64,000 nt of DNA from Marsupella aquatica (taxonomy: Eukaryota > Plantae > Marchantiophyta). The stretch covers positions 8,167,251 to 8,231,250 of the forward strand of contig OZ316892.1 of assembly GCA_973895155.1 (NCBI GenBank). The letters run 5' to 3'. Of the stretch, positions 1-13,470 are shown piece by piece; position 1 is the stretch's first letter, and every line of letters begins with the position of its first letter. The notes under the pieces were generated by a model. That model made no database searches, was not told where the DNA came from, and saw nothing but the letters and a program-made list of their open reading frames with translations. The translations under genes were made by a program, and so were the position numbers.

Positions 1-18
1 CATCTCTGTGTCAGTGTC

Positions 19-87
19 GATTATATGCTGTATACTCGTTCCGTGTGACTTCGATTATATGTTGTATACTCGTTCCATGTGACTTTC
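19..87. repeat. ~35-bp tandem duplication
   Basis: GATTATATGYTGTATACTCGTTCCRTGTGACTT occurs twice head-to-tail. Confidence 0.8.
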
Positions 88-129
88 TGCTGTCCGAGGG
101 ACTGATCTACTCTAACCTGGTACAAGTGT

Positions 130-1000
130 ATGATTTGCATCTAATATGAAAGGACTAGCTCATACCCAGTGCCTACCACACAGGGTTATCCACCTGTCTT
201 TTGTTTTTGGCACATGGATGGGTCATGATCTCACACATACCAAGCCTGTCTCCATGATTAAAATTAGCTGAGCATGGGTAAGATGGTAAAATAGGTGAGC
301 ATGGACACAATGCTAAAATTAGCCGACCAATGGTCAGCAGGCTTGGATCTTCCAGCATATACCATCTAAGTTGATTTGATCTGCTTCTAGAATTACACAA
401 GCATGGGTCCATTCCTAATATTAGCCAAGTATGGGTTCCCAAGCATGTACCTGTTCTAAAATTTGCTGAACATGGTTCTTCAAATAAGTCAAGCTACCAC
501 TAAACCAAGGATGTGTAAGTAATATGGGCCCATGCTCATGTACATGCTACGAATTGTTTTTGTTGCTGTTCCAAACCACACAACTTGTTCGCAATACAGG
601 TACAACATGAACCACATAGATCTCCATTGGGACTGGGGTAAAGACTGGAGATTCAGCGAATGACCTATCATGTGTCTAGCTGAGAGTAGCAGAAATGAAA
701 GGACTCATCGTGACTGACTGCTCATGTGGGCAAACACACGCTGGTAGCTCGGTGGGAAGTACATGGAGCATTGATCCAGGGACAACTTTTAGTAAGAATC
801 CCAAAAGAGGGTTACTTTTCATTTGTCCAGCAGCCAAAGCAATTAGAGACACCAAACATTGCACTCTGTCTAGCATAAGCCACTGTAGACAGGAAAATGA
901 AGCCGGGGTGAGACACAACAGCCACCCAATGATGGCTTCCATTTTACAGGGGGAAATATTCACCTTCCCTATGAAAGTTCTGTGACACATTTCCCGCCAC
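130..1000 (-). mobile_element. Possible decayed hAT DNA-transposon remnant
   Basis: An AAATTAGCYRASYATGG-like motif recurs at about 260, 315, 420 and 460. Frameshifted minus-strand peptides SNC..AAGQM and CPWINAPCTSH resemble the hAT transposase pattern DNASNCxAAG...PCxxH. Highly degraded. Confidence 0.3.
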
Positions 1001-1500
1001 TAAGCTGGATCAGCTCTCATTGTATCAATCTTCCTTCTCTATTTGGCTAGATCGAAATCTCGCCCATCAAAGAGGGTAATCTGTATGTAACCGGAAAAAT
1101 CTCACATCTGCCGCTCCACTGAAATCTCTGCTACTTCTCAGGCTTGCAAACCCACACGCGTCGACCAGCCCGTTACACGTGTGTTCGGACAGAATTATAG
1201 TCGTGTGACTCATTACTGGATATGTCGATTGATGCAGCTCTAGGTCACTCATGACAGCTGTGAGTCACCGAGGACTGAAGGTACAGACACTCCCGCCCAG
1301 TCCTTTGCGTGAGAAAGTCCCACAGCTCCATTTGTCAAGTTTCTGGATGTCCCACAGGCCCGCGAGAAAAATTTCCCGTTTGCCAACCTGTTTGACGAGG
1401 ACCTAGCTGAGTTCTGGCAAACGGGATGAAAGGGGACAGATTCCTTACCCAGAAAACAATAATTTTACAAGAACAGAACAGGGTGTTGGAAGAAAGCCAA

Positions 1501-4500
1501 TCACAGCCATTTTTCTGTTAGTTCCTTGTGTTCAGACCAGACATATGTGACAACTATACCAATCAGCAAGACTACAATTGTTAAGAGCAATAAGGCATAG
1601 TTGAACTCTTCCGTTAGCGAATCGTATGTGCGGGATGGAGCTGTTTGGGTGTAAAATAAGTCGTTGCCGTAGGCAAAGACAAGCGAGGTTGACTCCAGGC
1701 TAGCAGGTACAGTCAAGATGCCACGCAAACCGGCAATTTGGTACGCTTGCGAAAGGTAGGCCTGCCATGAAAATTATTGAACAAAAGGCAGTTGCCATTA
1801 GAACTTCATGACCTAAAAGCCTGTCCAGATTCTAAAAGAATTCCATATTAAATTATTCCCTCCATTCCAGCATTATCTTGATGTTTGTATAGATGATAAA
1901 AATCAACCTTCAGAGAATTTACGAGAGATTCTGTCATTGTACCTGAGGTTGAATGGGCATGCTATCCGTCAAAGGAAGTATTCCCTCTTCTCTCTCGGCT
2001 GGTGTAGGATTTGCTGAACGTCGGGGATCAAAAAATCGCTTGTCTAGGGCAAGCACCTGCACGCACCCAGTACAAAGACCACCTTGAATGAAAACAATAA
2101 CAGGCCCAAATAGCTTGCAGCCACACAATGTCAATTCTGACCAGTCATGAACCTTGATTCTTCGCAATCATTAGTGGAAGGAATAAGATCACGACGAGAG
2201 CAATGGACTACTCTATGAGATCATTCTTGAAGGCAAGCTACAAATGTTCTTAAGAAGGCATTCCCAAATATATGCAATATCCTATTAGTCAGTTCCTGGT
2301 CTGACGACTAGACCTCCAACAAGAGATAACCTTTCTAAGGGAATGAGTGTCAAGTACCTGATCGTTGATTGTACCAATAAGCAACTGTTTTCCAGTGATT
2401 CCTCGCGCAGTAGAAGTGACCGTCAAAGTTTTGACGGAGAAGGAGAAGAAGTAACTCTGAGTTTTAAAGTCAATGCTGGGAATTGAGAATGATGAGATTG
2501 GGGCGCTGCCATTGTGGCGGCCCAGCATTAACTGTACTGCTCCCACACCACGCTGTCGACAGAAATCAGAGGCTCAGCACTTGACATAATCCTTTCAAAC
2601 TAATCGGCAACGACTTGGCTGAACTAATTATATTAGCAGCGCGATGTCAATGCTAGCTCATTTAGCTCCTCCTCATCTCTCCCTATGTAATCCATTTCTT
2701 CGTCACATTTTCACAACAGTGTGTGCACACACCTCTCAAAGGATGCTCAGAGCCTAACATGTAGTGAGCTATCTTCCAAGTATCTCAATGTTTATCTCAA
2801 GCTTTGATCGACCGGGACGATGAAAACAGACTCACCAGACGGTCTTTATCGTAAAGCTCCAACACCGTCATCTCATACCGGTACATCTTCAGGTTGAAGT
2901 AATGATATACAACCCAGTTCTCACTGAAGACCTGAAAACACAAGGTGTCAATCAGGAGTGCTGCCAAATACGTCGACTGAGATACTACATACCGTTCCCT
3001 ATGAAGCATTCAATCATATCCAATAGCATATCCTTCAATGAACTTGCAGAGGTTCCAGTTTACTGTCGTACCGCATGTACAGGGCCTTGCATACTTGGAT
3101 GGGATACGCGATGAAGAATACGACCAGTAACAGTATCAATCATGTATGCTACCAATCCTGCCTCCTCCGGAGTAGCATCCCCAATATGCTGAGCTGCTTT
3201 AGGAGTAACAGTAGCCACGAAAATCAAGTTCTTACTAAGGAACTTAAATAGTGCATCTCGGTTGCCCAGAATCTTAGTCTGGGTGTGGACAACCTGCGAT
3301 GCCAACAAGAGAGATCAAACTTCGTAAGGATATTGCAATCTAAAATACCAACTTTTCGTTTTAAATATATAACCAACTAACCGTTGCAATCATTCACCAG
3401 GTTGATGGTTCGTTGCCATTTCAGACCAACAAAGATTTAAAAAAAAAACCAATTTCAAATGAGGTAGGAGAAAATACAAGCATGAGCACTTCTTATTCTC
3501 ATTTAGAAATAAAAATTGCCAATATTTAATAAAAACTATAATAAATTGAATCAGGACAGAACAATTGTTATAAGTTTGGTGTACTCTGCTCTCGACAAAC
3601 GATCAATTTTGAGTGAAAATCATTTTTCATTTCTGTATTTCAAGAGAGTGCTTACCTCGTCTTGCCTCCTGGAGGCAACAGTAGAGATTACTTCCGTCTC
3701 AGAAGGAAACACCACAGACCAGATTCTTTCAGCATTAAAGACATAACCGTCACCCTCTTCTTCTACAGTGGCATCAGACCTTTCTTTGATTGTGTAGCCA
3801 CAAATTGTATTATTTTCTTGGTTGACTACGTAGAAGTATGTATTAGGCTTGGATTTGATGAAAAGCCTTAAACTTTCCTGTGTCTTTGGAAAAACATGAG
3901 CTTTCAGTTCGTCATCTACAATAAGATGAAGCCGCTGTTCTGTTGCTGTTGTAACAGGCAAGGGAATCACAAGTTTGGCTACAAATTTGAGCGGCAGAGA
4001 CTTCAGCTCTCTTCCTTCATACAAATCCACCCACGACAGAATTCCGTGGGCATCTGGCCCTAGTCCAGACTTTCCTAATACGAGAGCCACAGGATTCTCA
4101 TCCAAGGCATGCTGTTGTGGAATTTGCCATGGTAAAAGTTTAAGTGGAACACTGCCATACTCCGACCTCATTCCAGAGAGAAATACAGACCACACAATCC
4201 TTCCGTCCCCAGTATGCAGAGCCAGAACCTTTCCAGCCTTGGTCAGTACAACTAACAGCTTACGGAAACCATTGTGATCTCTAACCATCTTAGTCTTCTC
4301 AGCACTATTCAGGCGAATTGCTTGGACGGCTGCAAGTTCTTCCACGTTGGCGAGAAACAATGTGGCTTTCAACTTCAACCAATGACCCTGAACAGTCCAT
4401 TGTGAAATTGAGTGAGTCGAAACAAGGAAGAAGCGAAAGTTGTCAGGTGTAGCATCCAAGGACACTCAAGACGAAGGACTAATTTGATCTACGTTCATTA

Positions 4501-7500
4501 AAAACAAACTAAAAAAAGAGCCACAAAACCACCAAAAAAAGAATCACTGGACTCCCTCAAATTATGAGCGTCATCTCAATAGAGCTCAAAATTATAAAAT
4601 GCGTACCTTGAGCCAGTCCAAGAGATCATGCTCAACTTCAGCGACAGAATGTCCATCTCCTTCCAGAGGCAGCTCACCGGTGAAAGTGTCAATGATGGTG
4701 GCCAGGCCCTCCTCCCGAGTCCACACAACCTCTCCCTGTTGCAACAGCGACAATGAATCATCCTCGCCCACAACAAGAGCTCGAAATCCATAACTCCGAT
4801 CCGTCCGAACATATGAATTCAGGAACACCTTTTTAATTGAACCATGGTGAAGTTCCAGTTTGACTTGATCCTTGACAGCATCTTCCTTCCATGTGTTAGA
4901 GTAGACCACTCGCACAGAAAACTCTCCAGTCCGTGATGCAGGTTCAGTCGGTTGGACGATTGACACAGCATGCATGCCGTCCACCACGTCCAAAGTGTCA
5001 CTGATGGAAACCGTGTCTGGAAACTCCTCCAGTAAATTAACAGTACCAGTTGATGAATCAACCGAAACAACGAACACCTTACCATTCAAGGAAATGGCGA
5101 CTGCATCTTTCAACTTCGTTGATAAAAGTTTTGCACGGAACCCGTCGCCTGACTCAAGGCCCGGGACAAAAGTTGCCAGAGGAGTTTCAACTGCTTCTAC
5201 ACCCGTGCTTGTCAGAACAGGAGCCGTCACTAGAGTAGAGCCCTCAGAATCCAAAGCGATTGCTACACCGTTTGTTACCAGGAGCTCTCCTATGGAAAAT
5301 GGCTTTGTCATGCTAATTGACTTAGGCCTCTGTACATCCCCAACTCGTGGATCAATGTCAACTATCACCAAACCTGAAGTGCCCGAGAACCCAACACCTG
5401 AAAGCTTGCCATCAGCTGAGAGGCTTATCGTTTGAATGTTGTAATCCTCACTGTCACAACACCACCATATCAAACGGTATCAACGAGTTATCCTAGAAAG
5501 AACTCAAAGTAAGGAAACTCAACCCTTAACATCTGCTTGCTAACAAACAATCCCCACCGAAAGCCAGCATGAATCCAAATAGAGGAGATATACAAGTATT
5601 CTCTGAATCCAACGATCAGTTAAGTTTAGAGACATAGAATATTGAAGCAGATATGGATGCAGAATGATTTAGATCCACACACAAATATACATAACATCTA
5701 TTTAGTGCAAAGCATTACTGAGACGGGAATAAAAGAGCACAGCAGAAAGCACGCGGGCAAGTGTCTTTCTACCTTGCGAAATCTGCCTTCCAGATCACTG
5801 ATCCGTCAATGGTAGAAACCGCAAAAAGCGCTCCACCACTGAGCACTATGATATCATTTGCCCTGTCATTGTTGATGTCGAACTGCGAAGACCATCACGA
5901 ATGCATGAGGTATTTTGCCAAAACTAGACAACGTCATACTTCCAGCTGGCTTCCACACCAACACTCACAAAGGTTGCCACATTGCTTGGTTGGCCCCAAG
6001 GCAAGAGATGGCACCTTGATAAGTCTTTAGAACTTGCTACAGAAAGCTGGATTGTGGATGAACCTTTCAATCGTCGACGTCAAATCATAAAGCTACAGTA
6101 GAAGGCGCATGTACATAATGTGTCTAACATAAGAACATACTAACAGAGAAGTTTCCAGGTGAATCAATTCGAGAGGAGCAAAGATCCATACGGGCAACAC
6201 GAGTAGACTGATAGGCAACCCAAGAGACGGTTGGAGGAAAGTCTCCCATAAAAGTGCACCGTCAGGAAGATTCCACGCCCTCAGAAAATTGCCATCTCCA
6301 GACAATGAAATGCCGTCTGCGACGTAAACACAGAAAACCTCGTTAACATTATTTTAATAGAGCGACGAACAACGACCCCCAAAACTGGAGATCATCTACA
6401 TCAAACCAATTTAGCAATGTTCCAACTTTCGAGAATTCCAACTCGCGTGCACGGAATGCCGTTTGCTGGCTAGATCAGCATAGAACTACAAGCGCGCCAC
6501 AAGACGTTGCAGAGATAAGTTGTTCCTAACAAGATACGGCCGACAGATTCACCATTTGTGGGACACAAATCAGGGAAGCGTTCCACCGACTCGAATATAC
6601 AACTTTAACTCAGTTGCACAATAATATATATCAATCCAGCAAGACCAAGTTCCATCAACACTCACATTTTGAAAGTGCAATGTCAAGGGCGATTATGGAG
6701 TCCGACTCCCCCAACATACGTCTCCAATCTGAAGATATCATTGAAAGCAGATTAGGTACAAATCAAATTAGATTGTCTGCTAACTGATATTCGGACTATG
6801 CAAAATTTGGTCCCTCCAATAACGGCCCGTGGTATCATCCCACTAGCCGCAAGTCACACTTGGGGGCCAGCCTTGAGACTTGTTAGTTCTGAAACTGAGA
6901 GAGTGAATGAAGGTAAATCAGCTTGACGGCTACCAAAACTACCGTCTACCCTCCTACGAATCTTATATGCAATACTAGTGAAGACGGGCTCACAAGGATT
7001 ATGGGTTCAGTGGGAATCCATCAATTCCCCTTGGAAGGTAGACCTAAAGAGCAATAATTGCTTATCACAAAACTTCAACAAGAACTAATCCACTAGTTGT
7101 TCAAAATTCATGCATATGACCGCCTGATATCAGAGCGAGAAAATTGGGGGAAGTCATGCCAAGTGATTAAGGTCCAGCTATTACAAATTTCTCCAGTCCG
7201 CAGGTTCAGGGAAGCGATGCTATTCTGTTCAGTAGCAACAATCACACGCTTGCGCCCGCTTCCATGAGTCTGAAAGACAGCATGAGTCACCTTGCCAATG
7301 TACTGCTGGTGCCTGCGTTTACCTCAAATCCCGACAATTAGGGTCGAAACAAAAACGCAAAGTAAAAGCCACAACATGTACTTACTATGAAGCCAAGTTG
7401 TACTGTCCGGTCTACTCCATCAAATGCTATCTTGGGATACATCCTCCAGAAACCTGATCAAACCTAATGGGGATGGTGAAGCCAAAGGACCCCGCAAATT

Positions 7501-8526
7501 TCTCTTCAACATTTAAGACATTGACCTAGAAAAATCCGCTGTTTCCGGGGACGACATGTGAGCAGATCAAACCTAAGAAGGAACCGGGCTGGAGGTTTGG
7601 AGGATTGAATTCCACAAAAAAGAGTTTACACAGGCCAAGAAAATCCTCTTAAGCCCACTCCATGAACTGAAATCTTGCATAACATGCCTTACATCAACCC
7701 TAAGGGAGATTATACACATCAACAAGCTTCAGCAAACCCTCTCCCGCAACCATGACATTGACCTAAACATCCAATAATTCCTAACGACGCGCCCTAGCCA
7801 GGAGATCAAATTGAGCAGAGATGGACCAGGCATCTTCATGAAAAAAGCGGTTTAAAAATTTCATTGCAAAGAAAGGACTGCACAAAATGTTCAGACGGAA
7901 ATCCTCTTCAGCAAAGCACCGCTCATCACAAGCCACATTTAAAAAAATTCTTTCAACATGGACACTCCCCATCAAGACCTTATCCGTTGAGAGATGAAAG
8001 GAGATATAGATTAAAGAGCCACCGAAAGTTTCTCTCCCATTCCAAGATTGACCTCAACAAAACCAGCAAGTCCTGGAATGGCGTGCCGTAGTAAGCAGAT
8101 CAAACCTAAGATGGAATGGAGCTGGTTTAAGAGCTGGTAGGTTCATTCCGTTAAAAGAGAGGAGACACAAAAGCAAACGAAAATCCTAGTAAGTAAAACA
8201 TGTTTTTCACAATCTACACATTAACATTCTTCCAGCTATATAATTTCATCCGTTTCACAGAAAAACGTAAACGGTCAACTCCTCCACTGCGGACCACTCA
8301 AAAGGTCACAAACTAACCATTCCCAAACGCAGATACCACACAACAACAACAACAACAACAATAACAGAGCAAGGTGAGATCGAGCAGAGGTTTTGTTGTT
8401 CACTCACCAGTCCGACAGACCGACTTGATCTTCGTAGAGAGCGTCGCTGCGGCCGATGAGACTCAACACACCGCAGAGGATGGCCAGCAGAGCGATTGCA
8501 GCCGGCCAGTGCCGCAGCAAGTTCAT
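1501..8526 (-). CDS. EMC1: ER membrane protein complex subunit 1 (12 exons, approx.: 8408-8526, 7185-7312, 6667-6728, 6192-6316, 5773-5883, 4607-5451, 3655-4387, 3071-3292, 2838-2930, 2358-2553, 1942-2055, 1501-1761)
   Basis: Exon 1 encodes a signal-peptide-like stretch and then LYEDQVGLSDW, which splices to HQQYIGKV. Internal motifs include VWTREEGLA, RDHNGFRKLLVVLTKAGKVLALHTGDGRIVWS and VFSENWVVYHYFN. The C-terminus is LESTSLVFAYGNDLFYTQTAPSRTYDSL plus a TM helix. GT-AG boundaries are in phase where checked. Confidence 0.95.
7455..8190. repeat. Degenerate ~240-290-bp repeats in EMC1 intron 1
   Basis: Recurring blocks: GATCAAACCTAA (about 7457, 7565, 8098), ATTGACCT (about 7520, 7757, 8047) and AAATCCT (about 7641, 7899, 8181). 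Confidence 0.55.
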
Positions 8527-8726
8527 GGCTGCCTACCTCGCGGACTTGCGCGAGTGCTCCTGCTGAAAGCTTTCGCGGAATTCTCACGATTTCATGCCAA
8601 GCCTACCGATTTTTCTTTAGCGAGAGCACTCCGTCGAGAATTGCAGTGATTTGTTACTGCTGCTGAAAATGAAAATAATGCTGAATGGATCGATTGAACT
8701 CTACTCTTTGTTCGGAAATTGAAATA

Positions 8727-9275
8727 GAATCGCCCTAAACTCGTCTCAAGCTCTCTTCAGTCTTTTTTTAGTAACTCGGGTTACTGGACTCCACTCGGAG
8801 ACCGGAATGGAATCGACCTAAACTCGACGCACGCACTCTCTCTTCAGTCGGTTTTTTAGTAACTCGGGTTACTGGGCTCCCCTCGGAGACCGAACTGGAA
8901 TCGCCCTCAACTCGACTCAAGCACTCTCTCCAGTCTTTTTCTAGTAACTCAGGTTACTGGACTCCACCCGGAGACCGGAATGGAATCGCCGTCAACTCGA
9001 CTCAAGCACTCTCTCCTCAGTCTTTTTAGTAACTCGGGTTACTGGACTCCACTCGGAGAGAGGAATGAAATCGCCCTCAACTCGACTCAAGCACTCTCTC
9101 TTCAGTCTTTTTCTAGTAACTCAGGTTACTGGACTCCACTCAGAGACAGGAATGGAATCGCCCTAAACTCGACTCAAGCACTCTCTCTTCAGTTTTTTAA
9201 GTAACTCGGGTTACTGGACTCCACTCGGAGACTGGAATGGAATAGCCCTAAACTTGACTTATGCACTCTCTTCAG
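8727..9275. repeat. Tandem array of ~6.4 copies of an ~86-bp unit immediately upstream of EMC1
   Basis: The unit GAATCGCCCTAAACTCGACTCAAGCACTCTCTCTTCAGTCTTTTTYTAGTAACTCRGGTTACTGGACTCCACTCGGAGACCGGAATG starts at about 8727, 8810, 8898, 8983, 9067, 9155 and 9240. Confidence 0.95.
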
Positions 9276-10318
9276 GGCCGTCTTGCATGTGAGGGTCCTG
9301 AAATAATGGACCCTCTGTGTGATGTGGTGGAACCATGGGACTGACCAAGACTTTCCTGCCTTGCCCCCCTCTTGAGCCAGTCCTCACTGCTAAACAAGGG
9401 CAAGGGCCTTACCGCCCCGACCGTGCAATCTCATATAAACAAAATGAAGGGGGGATAAAGGAGAGCCTAGCGAGTTAAGCTCAGCCTATAGCGACTCGCC
9501 CCATTGCACCCTAAACCCAATCTCAAGTTAAAAGTTATCCACATACAAAATGGGGGGCAAGATGATAAATAATTTTTTTTCGGGGGCACATCAGTAAATT
9601 TGGGTGATTTTGGGGGGGGGGGGGGGATTTGGGGGACAGGTTAGTAAAAAGCTGTTTTTTTTGTATTGGCCCCCCACCACCCACAGCCTCTTAGGAGTAG
9701 GTGTACTATTTTGGACATTCAATAATGTGTTTTTTGTGGTTGGGGGGGGGGGGGGGGGGGGGGGTGGGTCGAGGGGGCGCAGGACTATGGCCAACATTTG
9801 GAGAAGTCAGGAATTTTCAGCAACCCCCCATTGGCATTTGTATTTGATAGTGATCATTAAGTATGAAATGGATGCAAAGATTGGTCCCAAATTCTTCAGA
9901 ATGCTAGTACAAAATGCAAATTAGAAGCAATGTCATCAACCAGTACTTACTCACTGGGCTTATGACATCCATAATTAATGTGTTACTCACACATCACACA
10001 TATTAGTGATAGATTGGCCCCATACGATACTTAGCAATGGGGGTTGGGAGGGACTCAAATCTCACTATGTAACATGGGACTATATAACATGGGGCTGGAC
10101 AATTCTGTTCCTATGTGTTGGTGTCCCTTGTATCCCACCTTGGGCTTGCGAGAAGTGCTAAATGAAACCAACCCTGGTTAAAAATTATGTGATTTGTCCA
10201 AACAGTTACTGATTCTAAGTAGCAAAATGACCAGGTGCTTTATATGAAGCTTAATGTAGAACAACCAATCCCAAACTGACAGTGACGTTTCTTACACATA
10301 TTGTGGTTAACAAATGTC

Positions 10319-10391
10319 CTTGAAGCACATCTTGCACTTTTTATTTATTGATTTATTTTGTAATAAGAAGGCTTGAAGCACATCTTGCACT
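10319..10391 (-). mobile_element. 33-bp A-rich insertion flanked by a 20-bp direct repeat (possible severely 5'-truncated retroposon)
   Basis: CTTGAAGCACATCTTGCACT occurs at 10319-10338 and 10372-10391. The insert reads CCTTCTTATTACAAAATAAATCAATAAATAAAA on the minus strand. Confidence 0.5.
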
Positions 10392-11281
10392 ACTGTAGTT
10401 GAGCCCAATCCACTTTGTTTATTAAATTGCTAGGCACTTGCTCCGGTCACAAATTTTGGAGTTTCATTATAGCATTTAATTCATTTCCTCCATGTTTTCC
10501 AGAAGGAGCGGGTCAATGGCCTCTAGGAGAGATGTATAGGGGCGCGCGACAAAAGAAGTACTTAAGTGACCCCAGGTTTGCCCTCCTCAGAAAACCTGCA
10601 AGGACTTTCCTCATGTTCCTAACCATTCACTGTATTGAATGTTGCTGAATGTTACATCATTCAAAGCCCAGTCTCCCTTCCTGCATGATAGTGCTCACTC
10701 CCAAAGCCTTGCTAACTATTACAGGGTGAAATAGCCTTGAGACCTTGCTAGCAAACGCTGACGGGTTTGGCTGTTTCACTAGGTTGTTGTTGCTTGAGTA
10801 GATTTATGGTTAGCTGAACATCGACGTATGCATCCTGGAAATTGCTGTGACCCCAAGTGGCTCATCATGTATTTGTCCCATTCATGGCTCAGATCAGCAA
10901 GATATTGTACACAGCCACCTTCACACATTGAGCTACGCCCACCCTCATGCTGTCACTGAGCTACTACTAGCCTATTCTTTTAAAATTAGACAACATGCAG
11001 CTAAATACTTATGCAAACTAAATGAAAATCCCATGACAGCGACGGAATGTGATTTTTGATCAAGACAATTCATCCGACATTCATACTTTTGATAAGATAG
11101 TAGTTGTTTGTGCAAAATTATCAACGATTCCCAATTGGGGAGGAATTCTTACCTAAAGGTCCCCACCTTTCTAATACTGCACCATTAAAATTGTAATTCA
11201 TGGGAATGAATTTGTATCACTTGGTCATTCTCCCCCTTCCTGTCGAAGCTCTCAATTCTTAACACATTTGTTTTTTGTTCT

Positions 11282-13470
11282 TCATAGCTGTATGGGACGC
11301 ATGCAAAGGATCTGCTCGTGAAATTCATCTGCACTGGCAATCCTGTCCCACTCCAAATCCTTATCTGTGCCCAAACCCCGGCTCTTGAGCAACACTATCT
11401 GATCCTCCCAATTTTCCAACCCGCTTCGAAACCTTGCTACATTCCACCAGCACATGGCCGCCAGAATCTCGCCACTCCAAGCAGTGGCCTCAATGACAAC
11501 ATTGCTGCTGCCTCCTGAGAACACCAAACACCCCATTCAAGTTTTAAAATGGGAAAAACCCATCGAAGAATGCCTTTAAGATGGACACGAAGCTTGGAGG
11601 GTCAGCCGAACTATGAAGTTCTTCTACCTCTTATGGAGATGGCCTGGCTACTAAGGACCCCTGGCCCTTCAAAGTACTGCAACAGGAAGTAAAAGAAAGT
11701 GGTATTCATATGTCGAGACATGGGTTCCGTCAGTCATGTGATATACGTGGGACTCGTTGAGCTTTACCCCTTCATTAATTCCAAGCTATTTTCAATGCCC
11801 CTTATTTGGTTCTCAGATCATGTCATAAAGTTTAAAAGTGACCCGATTGAGACATGAAGGAGTCTCAAAAGAACTGCTCCCAGAAACGACTGGACAGGAT
11901 GAAGTTTCAAAGAATCTCGACGGATTACATGACAAAGGCATAAGGTGAGGCATGTCCCACTGACCCCTGATTCCCACAATTAGCCTCACCTCCTGAGCTG
12001 CTGTTGCGCTCAAATCCTCCTCCTAACCCTTCCCAGGAGATCCCTTGAGAAGCCTTCCAGGAATTGAATTGCTTGTCGTAAGCATATACACAACTGTCCC
12101 TCTCTGAAATGATATGGAGCTTTCCGTCCACCACCACCGGTGCTCCAACGATGCCCACTGCAAAGTTCTTGACCTCATGCCACTCATCCTTGCTGGGGTT
12201 GTAGGCCTCCGCCATTCTCCCAGCTATTCGGCTGCTGTCGTGCAACCAATGGTCGGCATCATCGTCCGAGTCCATGTCAGTCCAGCACCTGCAATTTGTA
12301 CTTTAAGTGGATGCATCTGAGTAGTTTGTAGCAAGACATCCTTGAAAATAGAATTTTATGGAGGGGTTCACCGTATTTTGACTGTACAAATATAGAAAAG
12401 GTGTGATGGAATTGAAAATCATTGCAAGAGCCAGTACCTGCCGCCATGGACAATGAACTCTCCTTCCACACATGCAACGCAGTGGCTAGTGTGGCGATGA
12501 AGAGTGGGGGCGATTGAGGTCCAAGTATTTTTGTTTGGGTCAAAAACTTCAGCTTCCAAGCATTCGGATGACAGCTCGAAAGGGCCAGACCGTGTGCCCC
12601 CAAATATGAAAATTTTTCCATCCATTGCTCCACCTGCAAAATTCACTTGCAAGATTTTACGCCAACATGGCTAATACAGTTTTTTCTTGAAGCATAGGAC
12701 CTTTCTTAGATCAAAAGGAACCTGTACATTGTCCGACCAAACGAAAACCATCCAGGGGCTTAAGCTTCTCTTTAAGAGGAGATCCCATACCCAAAAGACA
12801 TCAAAGATCTTTGCTAACATCTATATATCTGGGTTGTCAACCAAAGTCTATGTGACTGTGCATTAATTGAACTGTCCACAGCAAACTACAAACTCAACAA
12901 TTTGGGAAAAGGCAAGGCCATGTATGAAATTACCAGAAAACCCCACACGAGAGGACCTCATGTTGGCACACCGCCGCCAGAGCCCCAGTCCGGCAGCAAG
13001 GTCCAGCACATAAACTGCATTTGTTGGGGAAAAGTTGCCATATCCTCCGAACACATAAACCTTGCCATCTAAACACACGCACTCACAAGCATAGGGAATC
13101 CCTCTGTCGACCCCCTCTATGGTGGGCAGAAGGTACCACCGATCCAGATTTGGATCATAAAGGGAAATGGCCAAAGCATGTTCATATTCCTCTGAATGGT
13201 TTGTAGAGTAGAAGTCTAAACAAGGAGTTGCCTTCTTCTTCACCAAAGTCTGGTGAATTATGGCAATTAGCGTTTGTGCAGTACTCGTTCGAATTCGGGC
13301 TTTGTGCACTTGATGGCTTCGGATTGCCTGAAGCCACGCACTGCTCACTGCCGGTAGAGTGAAGAAGACTGTACTCCAGGGTACCTTGGTGAGTATGAGG
13401 TCTATGGTCATGTCATTTGGAAGACTAGGAAGGAGACGGTTGGATCTTAGATCTTCTTTAATGGGCGAAC
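11282..13470 (-). CDS. F-box/kelch-repeat protein (exons 12934-13470, 12438-12633, 11990-12288, 11282-11514; 5' end unresolved)
   Basis: F-box-like LLPSLPNDMTIDLILTKVPW...VSSAW. Kelch motifs: LYDPNLDRWYLLP, CLDGKVYVFGG, AMDGKIFIFGG, AEVFDPNKNTW, AEAYNPSKDEW and VYAYDKQFNSW. All three introns are GT-AG and in phase. Confidence 0.85.

Noticed and set aside
4974-5435. 153-aa plus-strand ORF, and similar ORFs opposite the ArfGAP and UTP10 genes
   Set aside because: Antisense shadows of real coding exons with no recognisable motifs.
8727-9275. CRISPR-like array (palindromic repeats at regular spacing)
   Set aside because: The whole unit repeats, so there are no unique spacers. There are no cas genes and the context is eukaryotic.
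9590-9830. Poly-G tracts giving Pro/Gly-rich ORFs (also poly-C at about 29376-29397)
   Set aside because: Homopolymer low-complexity sequence, not credible as coding.
11925-11989. Stop at 11925 as the end of the kelch gene
   Set aside because: An in-phase GTGAGG donor at 11989 splices to the 11514 acceptor, so this is intron read-through.
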